Shown here piece by piece: positions 41,412 through 53,460 of a stretch of 64,000 nt of DNA. The notes below the pieces were generated by a model. The model was not told the DNA's origin and did not search any database. It saw only the letters and a program-made list of their open reading frames with translations. The number at the start of each line of letters is the position of its first letter. The stretch's first letter is position 1. The translations under genes were made by a program, and so were the position numbers. Source of the stretch: the human T2T-CHM13v2.0 reference genome, Homo sapiens; contig CP068257.2 in the NCBI GenBank assembly GCA_009914755.4, positions 44,256,001 through 44,320,000 on the forward strand, read 5' to 3'.

Positions 41412-44400
41412 TGGAACAGTCGAGTGGATAGAAACAGCACACGTAAGATCGGGTGTGCACGAGGAGATGTGAACACTGGGAACAGTCGCGTGGATAGAAA
41501 CAGCACACGTAAGATCGGGTGTGCGTGAGGAGATGCGAACACCGGGAACAGTCGAGTGGGTAGAAACAGCACACGTAAGATCGGGTGTGCACGAGGAGAT
41601 GTGAACACCGGGAACAGTCGAGTGGATAGAAACAGCACACGTAAGATCGGGTGTGCACGAGGAGATGTGAACACTGGGAACAGTCGCATGGATAGAAACA
41701 GCACACGTAAGATCGGGTGTGCGTGAGGAGATGTGAACACTGGGAACAGTCGAGTGGGTAGAAACAGCACACGTAAGATCGGGTGTGCACGAGGAGATGC
41801 GAACACCGGGAACAGTCGAGTGGGTAGAAACAGCACACGTAAGATCGGGTGTGCACGAGGAGATGTGAACACTGGGAACAGTCGCGTGGATAGAAACAGC
41901 ACACGTAAGATTGGGTGTGCACGAGGAGATGTGAACACTGGGAACAGTCGCATGGATAGAAACAGCACACGTAAGATCGGGTGTGCGTGAGGAGATGCGA
42001 ACACCGGGAACAGTCGAGTGGGTAGAAACAGCACACGTAAGATCGGGTGTGCACGAGGAGATGTGAACACTGGGAACAGTCGCGTGGATAGAAACAGCAC
42101 ACGTAAGATCGGGTGTGCACGAGGAGATGTGAACACTGGGAACAGTCGCATGGATAGAAACAGCACACGTAAGATCGGGTGTGCACGAGGAGATGTGAAC
42201 ACTGGGAACAGTCGCATGGATAGAAACAGCACACGTAAGATCGGGTGTGAGTGAGGAGATGCGAACACCGGGAACAGTCGAGTGGGTAGAAACAGCACAC
42301 GTAAGATCGGGTGTGCACGAGGAGATGTGAACACTGGGAACAGTCGCGTGGATAGAAACAGCACACGTAAGATCGGGTGTGCGTGAGGAGATGCGAACAC
42401 CGGGAACAGTCGAGTGGGTAGAAACAGCACACGTAAGATCGGGTGTGCACGAGGAGATGTGAACACCGGGAACAGTCGCGTGGATAGAAACAGCACACGT
42501 AAGATCGGGTGTGCACGAGGAGATGTGAACACTGGGAACAGTCGCGTGGATAGAAACAGCACACGTAAGATCGGGTGTGCGTGAGGAGATGCGAACACCG
42601 GGAACAGTCGAGTGGGTAGAAACAGCACACGTAAGATCGGGTGTGCACGAGGAGATGTGAACACCGGGAACAGTCGCGTGGATAGAAACAGCACACGTAA
42701 GATCGGGTGTGCACGAGGAGATGTGAACACTGGGAACAGTCGCGTGGATAGAAACAGCACACGTAAGATCGGGTGTGCGTGAGGAGATGCGAACACCGGG
42801 AACAGTCGAGTGGGTAGAAACAGCACACGTAAGATCGGGTGTGCGTGAGGAGATGCGAACACCGGGAACAGTCGAGTGGGTAGAAACAGCACACGTAAGA
42901 TCGGGTGTGCACGAGGAGATGTGAACACTGGGAACAGTCGCGTGGGTAGAAACAGCACACGTAAGATCGGGTGTGCGTGAGGAGATGCGAACACCGGGAA
43001 CAGTCGCGTGGGTAGAAACAGCACACGTAAGATCGGGTGTGCACGAGGAGATGCGAACACTGGGAACAGTCGCGTGGATAGAAACAGCACACGTAAGATC
43101 GGGTGTGCACGAGGAGATGCGAACACCGGGAACAGTCGCGTGGATAGAAACAGCACACGTAAGATCGGGTGTGCACGAGGAGATGCGAACACCGGGAACA
43201 GTCGCGTGGATAGAAACAGCACACGTAAGATCGGGTGTGCACGAGGAGATGTGAACACCGGGAACAGTCGCGTGGATAGAAACAGCACACGTAAGATCGG
43301 GTGTGCACGAGGAGATGTGAACACCGGGAACAGTCGCGTGGATAGAAACAGCACACGTAAGATCGGGTGTGCACGAGGAGATGCGAACACCGGGAACAGT
43401 CGCGTGGATAGAAACAGCACACGTAAGATCGGGTGTGCACGAGGAGATGCGAACACCGGGAACAGTCGCGTGGATAGAAACAGCACACGTAAGATCGGGT
43501 GTGCGTGAGGAGATGCGAACACCGGGAACAGTCGCGTGGATAGAAACAGCACACGTAAGATCGGGTGTGCGTGAGGAGATGCGAACACCGGGAACAGTCG
43601 AGTGGGTAGAAACAGCACACGTAAGATCGGGTGTGCACGAGGAGATGTGAACACTGGGAACAGTCGCGTGGATAGAAACAGCACACGTAAGATCGGGTGT
43701 GCGTGAGGAGATGCGAACACCGGGAACAGTCGAGTGGGTAGAAACAGCACACGTAAGATCGGGTGTGCACGAGGAGATGTGAACACCGGGAACAGTCGCG
43801 TGGATAGAAACAGCACACGTAAGATCGGGTGTGCGTGAGGAGATGTGAACACCGGGAACAGTCGCGTGGATAGAAACAGCACACGTAAGATCGGGTGTGC
43901 ACGAGGAGATGTGAACACCGGGAACAGTCGCGTGGATAGAAACAGCACACGTAAGATCGGGTGTGCGTGAGGAGATGCGAACACCGGGAACAGTCGAGTG
44001 GGTAGAAACAGCACACGTAAGATCGGGTGTGCACGAGGAGATGCGAACACCGGGAACAGTCGCGTGGATAGAAACAGCACACGTAAGATCGGGTGTGCGT
44101 GAGGAGATGCGAACACCGGGAACAGTCGTGTGGGTAGAAACAGCACACGTAAGATCGGGTGTGCACGAGGAGATGCGAACACCGGGAACAGTCGCGTGGA
44201 TAGAAACAGCACACGTAAGATCGGGTGTGCACGAGGAGATGTGAACACCGGGAACAGTCGCGTGGATAGAAACAGCACACGTAAGATCGGGTGTGCGTGA
44301 GGAGATGCGAACACCGGGAACAGTCGAGTGGGTAGAAACAGCACACGTAAGATCGGGTGTGCACGAGGAGATGCGAACACCGGGAACAGTCGCGTGGATA

Positions 44401-44975
44401 GAAACAGCACACGTAAGATCGGGTGTGCGTGAGGAGATGCGAACACCGGGAACAGTCGTGTGGGTAGAAACAGCACACGTAAGATCGGGTGTGCACGAGG
44501 AGATGTGAACACCGGGAACAGTCGAGTGGGTAGAAACAGCACACGTAAGATCGGGTGTGCACGAGGAGATGCGAACACTGGGAACAGTCGCGTGGATAGA
44601 AACAGCACACGTAAGATCGGGTGTGCACGAGGAGATGTGAACACTGGGAACAGTCGCGTGGATAGAAACAGCACACGTAAGATCGGGTGTGCACGAGGAG
44701 ATGTGAACACTGGGAACAGTCGCGTGGATAGAAACAGCACACGTAAGATCGGGTGTGCACGAGGAGATGCGAACACCGGGAACAGTCGAGTGGGTAGAAA
44801 CAGCACACGTAAGATCGGGTGTGCGTGAGGAGATGCAAACACTGGGAACAGTCGAGTGGATAGAAACAGCACACGTAAGGTCGGGTGTGCACGAGGAGAT
44901 GCGAACACCAGGAACAGTCGAGTGGGTAGAAACAGCACACGTAAGGTCGGGTGTGCGTGAGGAGATGCGAACACC
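41412..44975. repeat. Large minisatellite (VNTR), 66-bp unit, ~54 copies, 3.6 kb. It is CpG-dense (~7 CpG per unit).
   Basis: The unit is gggaacagtcgcgtggatagaaacagcacacgtaagatcgggtgtgcacgaggagatgcgaacacc. The 66 = 3x22 bp unit has no stop in any minus frame, which produces the spurious 1224-1241-aa ORFs. Confidence 0.95.
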
Positions 44976-47003
44976 CGCAGGTCTCTGTCTCATTCCACTA
45001 GAGGGAGAAGACACTGAGTGTAGACTCTCAACGCACATGTTAAAGTTTCAATGACCACTAACAACAAAGAAGTCCGATATGTAACCTCTGTGACAGGAAA
45101 CAAGTGAGGGGAAAAATTATTAATCCAACAGAAGAAAAGGAGTGAAATAAAAAAGAAACTCTGGAAAAGCAGGACAATTAGAAAACAAGTGTCAAAAATT
45201 AGTCTAAATATGTGGATGATTGTGATCAAAGTAAAATTATGAAATTCCAGTTAAGAAGCAAAGGCTGCCAGACTATATTTTTAAGCTGAACAAATAGGCA
45301 AGCAAACAAGCAAAAAATAATTTTTTTGTTTTTTTTTCTTTCAAGAGACACACCTAAAGCATAAGAACCCAGAAAAAATGAAAGAATGGGAAAAGGCTAA
45401 GGAATATGCAACAAAATCAGCTGGTGTACCAATATTAACATCAGTAGGGGGAAAAAAACAAGACTTTAAGAGAAAAACTTTAGTCATTACATGTTGATAG
45501 AAAATTCAGCTCACAAGAAGATATAATTCAAAATTTATACGTGCCTAAAACATAGCTTTAAAATATATTTTAAAAATTGACAAAACATAGATAATTTGAC
45601 AGACATTATAGCAAAAACTTGGCACACCTCTCTTTCCATGAGTGATAGGCCAAGTAGACAAGTGTGAAGAAGGCATCAACAGAACCACCCGTGATCCTGA
45701 CGTGATTGCCGTACCTTGAACGTTACACCTGCCACAGCTGTAGAATTCATGGAGACATTTACAAAACCTGATCACATACCAGCCCATAAAGCACATCTCA
45801 TCATCTTTCAAAAATTGGAATCGTATCGACCACACTCTCTTAGCACAAAGCAATTGCAGTCATGCACCACATGACGGTTCAGCCAACATCAGACCACACA
45901 GACGATGGTGATGCCATGAGAGTATAGTGGAGCTGAGAAATTCCTGTTGCCTGGTGACCTTGCAGCTGACCTGAGGTTGCAGTGCAGCACGTTACCCCCA
46001 CGTGTGCTGCTGGTGCAAACCCACTGCACTGCCAGCCGTCTAGCCATCTAGCACCTGCCGTTAAGCACAGCTCGTCATTCTAAATGACGCTGATAAACAA
46101 CTGTGTTACTGGTTTGTGTATTACTATGCTTTTTATCATTATTTTAGTGTATTCCTTCTAATTATCTAAAAAATGTTAGCTGTAAAACAGCCTCAGGCAG
46201 GTCCCGCAGGAGGTGTCCAGAAGGAGGCACTGTGATCATCGGAGATGACTATGTCAAACGGTGTGGTTTTGGTGCAGTGGGAGACAAGTAGACTGGATCA
46301 GACATGAGAGCCCAGGATCCCTCACACAGGAAGGAAGCCGTCTATGAGACTTGGACAGGACAGAGCTGCCCACGAGAGCCTGGGAGAGGGCAGATGCTCC
46401 ACACAGTGCCAGGACGGTGGGTCAACCACGTGGGGAAATTGATCTTTACTTCCTGCCATAAACAAAAATCATTTCCCATGTGTCAAGAACTCCAACACAA
46501 GACAGAAGAATTTAGCAGTTTTAGGAGAAAATATAGAAGAATGTCCTATTCTGAGATCAGGGGACGATTTCTTAAAACGTAAGCACAGACTGTAAAGGAA
46601 AATACTGGTGAGTTCAACTTTGTGAAATGTTGGAATACTGTTTCTCATAAGACACCATGGGAGAGCGGGGAGAAGATCTGTGCAGCAGGAGTGACAGACA
46701 GGATGGCATCTGAAATGCTGGGGTGCTCTTGAGAAGTCAGCAAAAATCAAGCAATAAGAAACATGGGCGAATGACAGAAACAGACATTTTGCTGGAGATG
46801 AAATAGAATGCAGGTTAGAACCACTGTGCTGGGGGCCTGTTTCTTGGCCTGAGTGATAGTTGTATGGGTGCATTCATTTTGTGATCATTCATTGAGTTGC
46901 ATCTTAAATGCTTGTAATTTTAGTAGTTGTCTATGTGTTACATTCTGAAACAATGTGAAATAGAAAAGACAGTTTACAGAGAAACATCAGTAATGGGATA
47001 CAT

Positions 47004-47508
47004 CCCCTGCCCATCCTCCTACCCTCCTCTCCCTCCCTCTCCCCCTCCTCCCTCCCCTCCCCTTCCTCCCTCTCCCCCTACATCCTCCCCTCCTGCCCTC
47101 CTCTCCTTCACTCTGCCTCCTCCCTCCCCTCCTCTCCTCTCCCTCCCTCTCCCCCTCCTCCCTCCTCTCTCCTCTCCCTCCCTCCCTCTCCCCCTACTTC
47201 CTCCCCTCCTGCCCTCCTCTCCCTCCCCTCCTGTCCCTCCCTCCCCTCCTGTCCCTCCCTCCCCTCCTGTCCCTCCCTCCCCTCCTGCCTTCCTCTTCCT
47301 CCCTCTCCCTCCCTCTCCCCCTCCTCCCTCCTCTCCTCTCTCCCCTCCCTCCCTCTCCCCCTCCTCCCTCCTCTCCTCTCCCCTCCCTCACTCTCCCCCT
47401 CCTCCCTCCTCTCCTCTCTCCCCTCCCTCACTCTCCCCCTCCTCCCTCCCCTCCTCTCCCTCCCTCCCTCTCGCCTGCCTACCTGACTTTCTTCCTCTTT
47501 CCTCTCAG
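47004..47508. repeat. Polypyrimidine (CT/CCCT-rich) low-complexity tract, ~500 bp
   Basis: The tract runs cctcctaccctcctctccctccctctccccctcctccctcccctcc.... It is homopyrimidine on the + strand and is the source of the P/S-rich and E/R/G-rich pseudo-ORFs. Confidence 0.9.
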
Positions 47509-50029
47509 TGGTTTGGAGGTACTGGTGAGAACCAAAAGCCTCATTTTTTCAACAGGGCAGAATTTTCCCAAAAAGTGGAAGGCCCCTTGGCACTTAGTCC
47601 TGTTCTCTCCTTTAAAAAATGTGGAAATTGAGTCCAAACGAGGTGCAGTGGCCTGACTGATCCCGGGCAGAGCTAGGGTGAGCACCCGCCCATCCTCTCC
47701 ACAGATGCTCCCCCAGCACCGCCCAGTGCTAGTCCAGGCCTCCCTAGGACGTCCCCTACATTTGTAGGTGGGGAGAAGAGAGATTTGTTTGCTAGTGTGG
47801 TCATTTCATCATAAAAAGCCCAAAACGTATCAGGAGACATTTTTGTCATCCGCAGCCACAGCTGCTGCTCACTCACATCCATTCCCCCACTTTATAGTCA
47901 AGGAACTGAGGCCTGGAGACACCAGGCCTTCCTGTCGCCACGGCCACAAGCTGAGCCATCTTGGAGCCGACTCCAACCCCTGTAGAGCCCAGGGAGCGCC
48001 CCTCCCCGTGCCCCATTCCCTGGCCATGGGGCAGCTCCTGAGCCCCACTAGGAGTCGGGGGTTTGCGGATCCCATCTGTGCCATTCAGCGTCCTGTGGCT
48101 GTGGATGAATTTGCCAGGAGTGTCTCACCCCGCCGTGGGCGATCTTGCCTGCAGCTCTCCTACCCGGCCTGGGACACTTGCGGTCTTTCCTGACGTGCCC
48201 CGTCCAGGTGGGGCGCCTTCACTAGGACCCCAGATGCGCCTGCTTCCTCCTCCTGCCCCCGCAGGGCCTCGTGTATCTCCGGGAGGTAGACTGTCCCGGT
48301 GACTTCAGCTGGTGTCCTTGGGACAGGATGTCCCCCACAAGCTCTCCTGGCACCCTCGTCAGGGGCTTCCACACACATCCCCTCAGATAACCCGGCACAC
48401 CCGTTCACGTTACATCATGGGGCAGCGCAGATGCCACAATGCCCTGCCCCCCAGCCCAGACCTGGCTGCAAGGCCAGGGGTTGGGGAGGGGCAGGGCTGG
48501 GGAGCAGGCCCCCCGATCCTCCCAGGGTACTAGGTACTGAGGAAGGAAGGGCCTTTATCTTGACTCTGGGTGAACTCTTAGGGGAGGGCTCCCAGCTCCT
48601 GAGAGGCCAAGTTCAAACCCACCCAGGAGCACACAGCTGGGAAGGCGCTGGGACCACAGTCGCCGCATTCCTGACTGTGCTCCCTGGTGTCAGGGAACCC
48701 AGGTGCCAGGGGTGGCCAGGGCAAGCATGGGGGTCTGGTCAGGTGCTCAGCAGCCGGCCTTCTCACGTGCAGATGGCAGCTCTGCTCCGAGCGCCCACAC
48801 CCCCCAGCATTGGTGGCCTCTGTGGCAGCTTCTGCCACCCATACCCTGTGCAGTGAGGAAGCTGAGGTGCCTGCCTGGCTGTGGGTCGCAGGAGTCCACA
48901 CACAGCCACGCTGGGATTTATTTGGGTTGAATGTTCTGAAGGGAAAATGCTGGGGAGGTGGTGCCCTCCCCAAATGTGCCACCTCCCCTGCCTGCTGGGC
49001 AGCACCACAGAGGAGCTTTGCCCAGTGTCCTCCTGAGCCCCAGGACACCCTCTGCAGCACCCAGCCTTGACAGCCCCACTGGAGGCCTGTGGCTCCTGGG
49101 AAAGCCAGGCCTGAGGAGCACCATGCCCTCTGCTGAGCAGCCCTGGGCTCTCCAAAGGGTGGAAGAATTATGAGCCTCACCTTGCCACGTTTACCATTAT
49201 CTTCTGCTATTTTTAGTTTTTATTTAAGAAATGAGGCTCAGGTAAAATAACTTTAAAAATGGCATCAAAGCCCCCTTGAAAAGTCTTGTGGCCCGAGGAT
49301 GGGAGGAGAAGGGCTGGGGGCAGCCTGCAGGGACCGGGGACACAGGCGGCTCCCAGCTGAGGGCCCGAGGCGTCCCTCCCTCATGCCTTCCACAGAACCT
49401 TCTAGCACTAGTGTTCTGTAATCCCAGGAAAGGCAAGACGCTTCTGGAGGTGACTAAAAGGCAGATGTGTGGCCCCTCAGGTGTTCCCCCCACCCCAGGT
49501 CACCTCATGGGTAAAGCAAGGCCCTGCAGGGGAGGGGAGTGGGCCAGGCCTAGCACAGGGTGAGACCAGGGCGAGGTTTGCAAACTCATGCCTCTGTGGA
49601 TCCCACAGGGGCTAGGCTGATTTTAGTGACTAGTGACTCGGCCTTGAATCTCCTAGAAGTGCAGCTGGTCTTCATCTGTGGCTCCTGGACTCCCCCAGAC
49701 TCTCCATGGCCCACTGGCCCCAGCCTCCTGTCCACACCAGCTGGTGAGAGGGAGGCTGGGCCGGTCTAGGCTGGAGCTGCCGGGGAGCCAGGGAGAGAAG
49801 ACAGCGGCTTCCGGAGCTGCCTTCTGCACGCCGGGCATTGGCCTGCTCACAGCCTGGACTCCATTGGCTTCCCCCAGGCCAAGTCCTTGCGTTCTCTTGC
49901 ATCTGCCATGTGTCCGCATGGCCCTCTTTCTATCTATCTGTGCAAAGTTCTGTTACTGCCGTTTTAATTTGGTGTGACTTGTACTCGATGACAATAACCT
50001 TCTTAGCTCTCGTGTCCCTCCTACCCCAG

Positions 50030-50108
50030 CAGTTGACCAAGCTCCACCAGTTGGCCATGCAGCAAACCCCCTTTCCTCCCCTCGGACAGACCAACCCCGC
50101 TTTCCCCG
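50030..50108 (+). CDS. PCBP3: PCBP3 exon QLTKLHQLAMQQTPFPPLGQTNPAFP(G). The acceptor is a NAGNAG (cagcag), so an alternative start at 50033 would drop the Q.
   Basis: Acceptor ctaccccag|cag|ttg. The donor ccccg|gtacgtac leaves a phase-1 split Gly codon that the next exon completes. Confidence 0.85.
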
Positions 50109-50898
50109 GTACGTACCCAGCCCTTTTCTCACCTCCTTCTCTTCTCACCTGGGGACTTTCTCTTTCTGAGCTGTGTTATTCGGTGCAGTGCATAGAACAG
50201 GTGCAGTTGGATTTGTGAGTGCCGGTGCTGCGGCGTTCACATGCAGCAGGCTTGCTGGGGCTGGGGCCGGGGACAGGGTGGGGGCGGGAGGTGGGTCTCG
50301 CTCCCACTGTTGGGGGCTGGTTCACCTTACAGCTGGCCTTGCCATAGCCTTGCTTGTGAAGAGACGTCTGCCCACCGAGGGTCTGCACTTGCTGGGCAGT
50401 GCCCTGTGCTGCCCGCAGTCTGTCCTGGGTGGCCCTTCCTGCTGAGCGTACCCACTGGGCCGCCCTGGAGGCTTTTCTCTCCAGGAGCAAGAGCACAGCT
50501 GACGTGGATGCTCTTCTGCAGGAAGCCACTGCGTATCCCAAGGTGGCACCCAGCCCTGCCCCAGGAGAGCAGTGACCCGAGTCAGCCCTAGCCCAGTCGC
50601 TGTCATGAGGCCATCAAGGGTGGCCATCCGTGGCAAGCCCACCCTGCCCCTGGCATGCCTGGCAGTTGGGTGTCCCTCCCTGCAGAGGCAGCGCCATGCC
50701 TGTGGACAACCCCCCTCTCCCCCTGGCGTGCCTGGCAGCTAGGTGTCCCTCCCCACAGAGGCAGTGCCATGCCTGTGGCTGTGGCCAGAGAGAGCGCCGG
50801 TGCGTGCGCCAGTCATATTTTGAGCTTCCCTAGTTGAAGGGACCCTGCTTATCTCCTTGAGGGCAAAACATTAAACCTGTCTCTTCTTTGCTCTCCAG

Positions 50899-50958
50899 GA
50901 GAAAAGCTGCCTTTACACTCCTCCGAAGAAGCTCAAAATCTGATGGGCCAGTCATCAG
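50899..50958 (+). CDS. PCBP3: PCBP3 exon (G)EKLPLHSSEEAQNLMGQSS(G)
   Basis: Acceptor ttgctctccag| and donor atcag|gtaacac. The exon enters and leaves in phase 1, consistent with its neighbours. Confidence 0.9.
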
Positions 50959-51736
50959 GTAACACAAAGCCACACTGACAGGAGAACAGGCCAGAGCAGC
51001 AGAGCAGAGCCCCAGTGGGAGGAGGTGTGGGGGCCCTGCCGCTGCAGCAGTTTCCAGCTTCCATGGGAGGCTGTGGGCCAGCCTCAGGTGCTGCCAAGGG
51101 CGTGGGTGGTGCCATGCTGCCACTGTGGCTGGATGGTGGGGCCTGAGGTGCTCAGAGCAGGGCACCCCGGCCATGGGAGGCGGCCGTGGGAGCAGGAAAT
51201 AGAGGTCTCACCATGGTGTGCTTTGGAAATGGGTTTTGTAGGACTACAAGCAAACCCTTAAGGAGGAAGATCAGTCTGTGCTGGATTTGCCTGCACCCCT
51301 CCCGACTTGCATTAAAATGTTCATTCCTCAGATACTGTGGGGTAGCACATAGATTTGTAGATTCAGTGACCAAGGCCATGAAACAGACACAGTTGTTTGC
51401 CTGGGGCTTAGCAGGTTCCTAGGTGCCCGTGAAGAAGATGCCACACACGCACCACACCTTGTGGCTCCATGTGCACATGGCCGGTGCCACAGTGGCTTCC
51501 TGGTGGCCAGGCAGGTGTCCTGTAATGACCCTCCCCTCACCAAGGCCCTGAGGACTGCAGTGCACACACATGCCAGCCACAGCAGGGTTAAATTGGGTGG
51601 GCAGCGATGGGAGGTGTTTGTGGCCTCTTTGAATGCTGCGGCCAGGAGACTTCCAGCGTGGGCTTGGACTGCAGGTTGGGGCAGCCTCCTTTACCCCTGG
51701 TACCTGGAATGTCGTCATCTTCATAAGAAACAGACT

Positions 51737-53460
51737 CACCTGGGCCGTGCTGTCCTGAGATGAGTGAACACGTCGGCCATGCCGTCCTGAGATGAACAAA
51801 CACGTCGGCCATGCTGTCCTGAGATGAACAAACACGTCGGCCGTGCCGTCCTGAAATGAATGAACACATCAGCCATGCTGTCCTGAAATGAATGAACACA
51901 TCGGCCATGCTGTCCTGAGATGAATGAACACCTGGGCCATGCCGTCCTGAAATGAATGAACACGTCGGCCATGCCGTCCTGAGATGAATGAACACATCGG
52001 CCATGCTGTCCTGAGATGAACAAACACCCGGGCCATGCTGTCCTGAGATGAACGAACACCCGGGCCATGCTGTCCTGAGATGAACGAACACCTGGGCCAT
52101 GCTGTCCCGAGATGAATGAACATGTCGGCCGTGCCATCCTGAGATGAATGAACACAACGGTCATGCTGTCCTGAGATGAATGAACACCTGGGCCATGCCA
52201 TCCTGAAATGAATGAACACATTGGCCATGCTGTCCTGAGGTGGATGAACACCTAGTCCATGCCATCCTGAGATGAATGAACACATCAGCCATGCCGTCCC
52301 GAGATGAATGAACACATCGGCCATGCTGTCCTGAGATGAACGAACACCTGGGCCTTGCCGTCCTGAGATGGATGGACACCTGGTCCATGCCGTCATGAGA
52401 TGAATAAACACATCAGCCAAGCTATCCTGAGATGAATGAACACATCAGCCATGCTGTCCTGAGATGAGTGAACACCTGGTCCATGCCATCCTGAGATGAA
52501 TGAACACATCGGCCATGCCGTCCTGAGATGAATGAACACATCGGCCATGCTGTCCTGAGATGAACAAACACCTGGGCCATGCTGTCCTGAGATGAACGAA
52601 CACCTGGGCCATGCCGTCCTGAGATGAACGAACACGTCGGCCATGCCGTCCTGAGATGAACGAACACCCGGGCCATGCTGTCCTGAGATGAACGAACACC
52701 TGGGCCATGCTGTCCCGAGATGAATGAACACGTCGGCCGTGCCGTCCTGAGATGAATGAACACAACAGTCATGCTGTCCTGAGATGAATGAACACCTGGG
52801 CCATGCCATCCTGAAATGAATGAACACATTGGCCATGCTGTCCTGAGGTGGATGAACACCTGGTCCATGCCATCCTGAGATGAATGAACACATCAGCCAT
52901 GCCGTCCCGAGATGAATGAACACATCGGCCATGCTGTCCTGAGATGAACGAACACCTGGGCCTTGCCGTCCTGAGATGGATGGACATCTGGTCCATGCCG
53001 TCATGAGATGAATAAACACATCAGCCAAGCTATCCTGAGATGAATGAACACATCAGCCATGCTGTCCTGAGATGAGTGAACACCTGGGCCATGCCGTTCT
53101 GAGATGAATGAACACATCGGCCATGCTGTCTTGAGATGAATGAACACATCAGCCATGCCGTTCTGAGATGAATGAACACATCGGCCACGCCGTCTTGAGA
53201 TGAATGAACACATCAGCCATGCCATCCTGAGATGAATGAACACATTGGCCATGCTGTCTTGAGATGAATGAACACCTGGGCCATGCTGTCTTGAGATGAA
53301 TGAACACCTGGGCCATGCTGTCCTGAGACGAATGAACACCTGGGCCATGCTGTCTTGAGATGAATGAACACATCAGCCATGCTCTCCTGAGAGGGATGAA
53401 CACCTGGGCCTTGCCGTCCTGAGATGAATGAACACATTGACCATGCTGTCCTGAGATGAT
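51737..53460. repeat. Minisatellite (VNTR), 32-bp unit, ~54 copies, 1.7 kb (gccatgctgtcctgagatgaatgaacacatcg)
   Basis: Successive unit starts at 51781 and 51813 give a 32-nt period. The stop-free unit yields minus-strand pseudo-ORFs with 32-aa periodicity (MADVFIHLRTAWP.CSFISG.HGPGVHSSQDS). Confidence 0.95.

Noticed and set aside
41245-45038. Three overlapping minus-strand ORFs of 1224-1241 aa
   Set aside because: They lie entirely within the 66-bp (=22-codon) stop-free tandem repeat, and the peptides are perfect 22-aa reiterations (SYVCCFYP.DCS.CSHLL.HTR). There is no unique sequence, no start context and no splice signals, and all three frames being open is the hallmark of a repeat artefact.
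51588-53437. Cluster of 75-211-aa minus-strand ORFs
   Set aside because: They are read-through of the 32-bp VNTR and show 32-aa peptide periodicity in all frames.
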